In this document: piece after piece, positions 59,680 through 64,000 of the stretch
Position numbering within the stretch: the stretch's first letter is position 1
Layout: each line of letters starts with the position of its first letter
DNA from: the human T2T-CHM13v2.0 reference genome, Homo sapiens
Strand: one strand, 5' to 3'
NCBI RefSeq assembly: GCF_009914755.1
Contig: NC_060930.1
DNA: 64,000 nt
Position numbers and translations under genes: made by a program
Notes under the pieces: model-generated
Databases searched by the model: none
The model's input: only the letters and a program-made list of their open reading frames with translations
Told to the model about the DNA's origin: nothing

Positions 59680-61850
59680 CTAAGATCAGGAGCAAGGCAA
59701 AATGTTCACTCACAATTAAATTCAACTGTATACTGGAAGTCCTTGCTAGTACAACAAGGCAAGAAAAAGAAATTAAGGGCATATGGATTTGGGAGAAAAT
59801 AAAACTCCCTATATTCACAGATGATATGATTGTTTATGTGAAAAATCACAATAAATCTTAAAAGTACAAGTAAAAGGAACTAGAACATCTAAAACTATTT
59901 TGAAAAAGAATAAAGTGGTAGGGATAACTGTAACCAAATTCAGGACTTATTATATAATATAGTAATCAACACTGTGTAGTAATGGCAGAATAGATCAATG
60001 GAACAGAAGAGAGAACACACAGATAGTCCTACACAAGTATGACCAACTGAGTTTTGACAAAGATTAAAAAACAATTTAATGAAGGAAGGATAGTGTTTTC
60101 AATAGCTGATGCTAGAGCAATAGGCAAAAATATGTATGTTGACTTAAACCTTACACCTTGCCTAAAATTAACTCATATAGATCATATATTTAAATATGAA
60201 AAATGTAAAACTATAAACCTTTTAGAAAAAATATGTAGGAGAAAAGTCTTTTGAGTCTAGATGTATGCAAAAAGTTTTTAGACATGAAATCAAAACAATC
60301 CAGAAAAGAAAAAAAAAGTAAAAGCTTTTGTTCTGTGAAAGTCTCCGTGAAGAAAAAAACGACAGGCTGCAGACTTACAGAATATATTTGCAAACCATAT
60401 ATATGGTAAAATACTTGATCTATGTTAATATAAAGAATTCTCAAATCTCAACAATAAAAAACCAAACTATCCCAGTAAAAAATGAACAATATTCATGAAG
60501 AAACATTTCACTGCCAAGGACACACAAAGGGCAAAAAAGCACATGAGGAGATGTTTAACATTAATGCTCATTAGGAAAGTGTAAATTAAGACTAGGATGA
60601 GGTATCACTACACACTTACTGGGCAACTAAAATTTAAAAATTGACAACATCAAATGATGGCATGAATATGGGAAAACTTGATCTCCCATACATTGCTGGT
60701 AAAACTATAAAATGGTACAGATCACCTTGGGAAACATTTTGCAGTTTCTGTAAAATCAAAACATATACTTACAACATGATCTAGTACTCCCACTATGGAA
60801 CATTCATCCCAGAGAAATGAAAATGTATGTGTTTTAGTCAGTTTGGGCTGCTACAACAAAAATACTATAGACCAAGTAGCTTAAACAAACAAACAAACAA
60901 AAATATTTCTCACAGTTCTGAAATCTGGGAAGTCTAAGATCCGGGTGCTGGCAGATCTGATCTCTAGTGAGGGAACTCTTCTTGGTTTGTGGATAGCCTT
61001 CTTGTATCCTCACGTGGCAGAGAGAGAAGAGAGATAGAAAGCAAGCTTTCTGGATTCGCTTCTCATAAGGGAACTAATCTCATTCATGAGGGCTCTACAC
61101 TTATGACATAATTACATTCCCAAAACTCCACCTCCTAATACCATCACACTGGAAGTTAGAATTTCAACATGTGAATTGAGGGGACACAAACATATGAACT
61201 AAGGGACATAAATATTCAGTCTATAATGTTATGCTCACACAAAAATCTGTATGCATATATCCATAGCAGATTGTTTTTAATAGGTAAGCCTTAGAACAAT
61301 TAAGATGTCCTTTAAATGAGTGAATGTTTAAACACACTGTGGTATATTTATACCATGAAATATTACTCAGCAACAAAAAAGAAAAGCTATTGGTATACAG
61401 AATGAGTAGAATGGACTTCTAGGAAATTATGTTGACTGAAAATAAAGCCAATATCAAAATATTACATACTATATGATTCCATTTATATAACATTTCAAAA
61501 CAAAGTCATAGGGATGGAGAATAACTTAATGGTTTCCAGGGGTTTGGGATGGTGAGGCTGAGGGGATAGCATGAGGTGTGGTTATTAAGGTGTAACATTA
61601 AGGAGATCTTTGTGATGATAGAATTGTTCTGTACTTTGATTGTGATGGTTACACAAATCTACACACGTGATAAAATTATATGGAACTATTCACACATTGT
61701 ACCAATGTCACATGCCTGGTTTTGAAATTGTGCTATAGTAATTAAGATAAAGCCACTGGGATAAAATTAATGAAGGATACAGGGAACCTCTGTATACTAG
61801 CCTTGCACCTTCCTGTGAACCTATAATTATTTCAAAACAAAAAGTTAAAA
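59680..61850 (+). mobile_element. Old L1 ORF2/3' UTR remnant with an inserted MLT1A-like LTR (about 60828-61230, -)
   Basis: ORF 59673..59861 contains LEVLA...[21 protein letters not shown] (RT motif); MaLR signature ttagtcagtttgggctgct...ttcaacatgtgaatt. Confidence 0.82.
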
Positions 61851-62479
61851 CCAGCCCCTTTTAGCTATGAGGCAACAGTATAACTCATATCCATTAGTTA
61901 CTAGGGAAAACAAAGCCAGAGCTGGAGAAATCTGGGATCAAATAACATTATAAAAATAAATTAAAATTTTATGAAGAGAAATGTAAAGTCACAGGCTGGA
62001 GCAGGAACTGACTGACATAAGGGAAGACAATGATCCTAAACCTCAGTTACTTAGAAAACTAAAATATGATCCACATTCTCCAGACAATGGAAAAAACAAA
62101 CCAAACACCTGGATATTTACAAGATATAACTTCAAGCATCTACAAAGTCATTTTTTTTTAAATTGGGTTTCTCAAATATTAGAAATTATTGATTAATATA
62201 AGTTATTTGTTGTATTACAACAGTTATTAGACTGAACTTCTAATTTCATTAGGAAAAGAATAAATAACCGTAGGGGTGGTTTAAAATTACAATAAAATGT
62301 AAGTTGCAAAAAATTTAACCACCAAAGAATGGACTATATGGAATGCAAGATACTGACTTTACTGATGAGCTCCTTTCTCAGAAAAGTGAGTTTATTCTGA
62401 GATTTTTATAAAGATAATTCTGAAAATAAAATGGTTCAAAAAATGAATCTCAATTCTAACACATTAAGAAAATATATAA

Positions 62480-63038
62480 AATATCTGCACTTCCATATTA
62501 ATTATAGCATTACTCACAATAGCCAAGAAATGGAATCAACTTAAGTGTCCATCAATGGATGACTGGAATTTAAAAATGTGCTATATATGCACAGTGCAAT
62601 ACTATTCAGCCTTAAAAAAGGAAATCCTGTCATTAGCAGCAACGTGGGCGAACCTGGAGGATGTTAAGTGAAATAAGACAGGCATAGAAAGAAAAATATC
62701 ACATGTTCTCAGTCATATGTGGGAGCTAAAAAAGTTGATCTCATGGAGATAGAAGGTAAAATTATGGTTACCAGAGACTGTGAAAGGTGGAGGAGGTGGT
62801 AGGGAATGAAGTAAGGTTGGTTAATAGGTAGAAAATAAAAGGAATAAGTTCTACCATTTGATAGCACAGTAGGATGAGTATAGTTAATAATCACATTATA
62901 TATTTTAAATTAGCTAAAAGAGAAGATTTGTAATGTTCCCAACACAAAGAAATGATAAACATTTGAGGCGATAGATATCCTAATTACCCTGATTTAATGA
63001 TTACACATTGAATGCATGTATCAAAATATCACATTGTT
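62480..63038 (+). mobile_element. L1MA-like 3' end
   Basis: tggaatcaacttaagtgtccatcaatggatga...aacacaaagaaatgataaa...catgtatcaaaatatcac. Confidence 0.85.
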
Positions 63039-63054
63039 AAAGTATACAAAATAT

Positions 63055-63660
63055 GGCTGGGCACTGTGGCTCACACCTGTAATCCCAGCACTTTGGGAGG
63101 CTAAGGTGGGTGTATCACTTGAGGTCAGGAGTTTGAGATCAGCCTGGCCAACATGGCAAAACCCTGTCTTTACTAAGAATCCAAAAAAAAAAAAAAAAAA
63201 AAAAGGGCGCAGCAGGTCACGCCGGTAATCCCAGCACTTTGGGAGGCCGAGGCGAGTGGATCACCTGAGGTCAGGAGTTTGATACCAGCTTGGCCAACAT
63301 GGTGAAACCCTGTCTGTACTGAAGATACAAAAATTAGCTGGGCGTGGTCATGGGCCGCCTATAATCCCAGCTACTCAGGAGGCTGAGACAGGAGAATCGC
63401 TTGGACCCAGGAGGCAGAGGTTGCCGTGAGCCCAGATCACTCCACTGCACTCCAGTCTGGGCGACAGAGCGAGACTCTGTCTCAAAAACAACAGCAAAAA
63501 TACAAAAAGAAAAAAAAAATTAGCCGAGCATGGTTGTGCATGCCTGTAATCCCAGCTAGTCGGGTGGCTGAGGCAGAGAATCCTTTGAACTTGGGAGGCA
63601 GAGGTTGCAGTGAGTGGAGATCACACCAAGACAGAGTGAGACTCTGTCTAAAAAAAAAAT
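63055..63660 (+). mobile_element. Nested Alu: a full Alu (about 63205-63500) inside the linker of another Alu
   Basis: Order is left arm, A-run, complete dimer, linker, right arm. Confidence 0.8.
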
Positions 63661-63677
63661 GTATACAAAATATCACA

Positions 63678-64000
63678 TTGTTGAAGTATATCCTTGGCCG
63701 ACAGACAAAATGGACTCCCTGTGACAAACTGAGGGTCTCAAACTTCAAACAGAACCAGAGGGCCACAGCTGGGTGAGGGAGCATTCAAATACTCTGTGTT
63801 CTCAGAAAAATGTTGTAAAAGTATCACAAAACTTCCCTTTCTATAATCAAGCCAAACCGGTCATTGTTGGTGCCAAGGTAAAACTACAGCCAAAGCCTCT
63901 GGGCAACCACTCCCAAGGTTAAAAGAATCATCCGGCACAGAGACTTCTGGGCTTGGAAGCCAACCAATCAGTGTTCAGCTATGGTGGCCAATCAGAGTTC
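63678..64000 (+). mobile_element. Probable ERV-type LTR running off the window end (family not assigned)
   Basis: tgttgaag start, caaaatggactccc, tandem ccaatcag boxes. Confidence 0.5.

Overview
Human (great-ape-type) genomic DNA recognisable as chromosome 6p22.2 at the telomeric edge of the HIST1 cluster. The left third holds the last five coding exons and 3' UTR of SCGN (secretagogin, + strand; all splice sites and reading frames checked against the remembered protein). An antisense processed PRELID1 pseudogene sits in the upstream intron. At 47.8-49.2 kb is the divergent germline histone pair H2AC1 (TH2A, -) / H2BC1 (TSH2B, +), with intact shared promoter, stem-loops and HDEs. About 4.4 kb downstream is an inverted duplicate of the whole pair (H2B pseudogene on -, H2A pseudogene on +). 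The rest is Alu/L1/LTR/MIR/DNA-transposon sequence; repeat boundaries and subfamilies were judged by eye and are approximate. No new gene system can be demonstrated from sequence alone. The most interesting points are: (1) very asymmetric decay of the duplicated pair, where the H2B copy has one 4-bp frameshift but keeps its TATA, octamer, stem-loop, HDE and a rodent-like Cys; (2) a third ~90-bp TSH2B-type fragment forming an inverted repeat with that pseudogene; (3) an orphan histone 3'-end remnant; (4) a repeat-expanded, in-frame-open H2BC1 5' leader with a strong-context CUG; (5) an SCGN intron that is in frame with a single stop codon.
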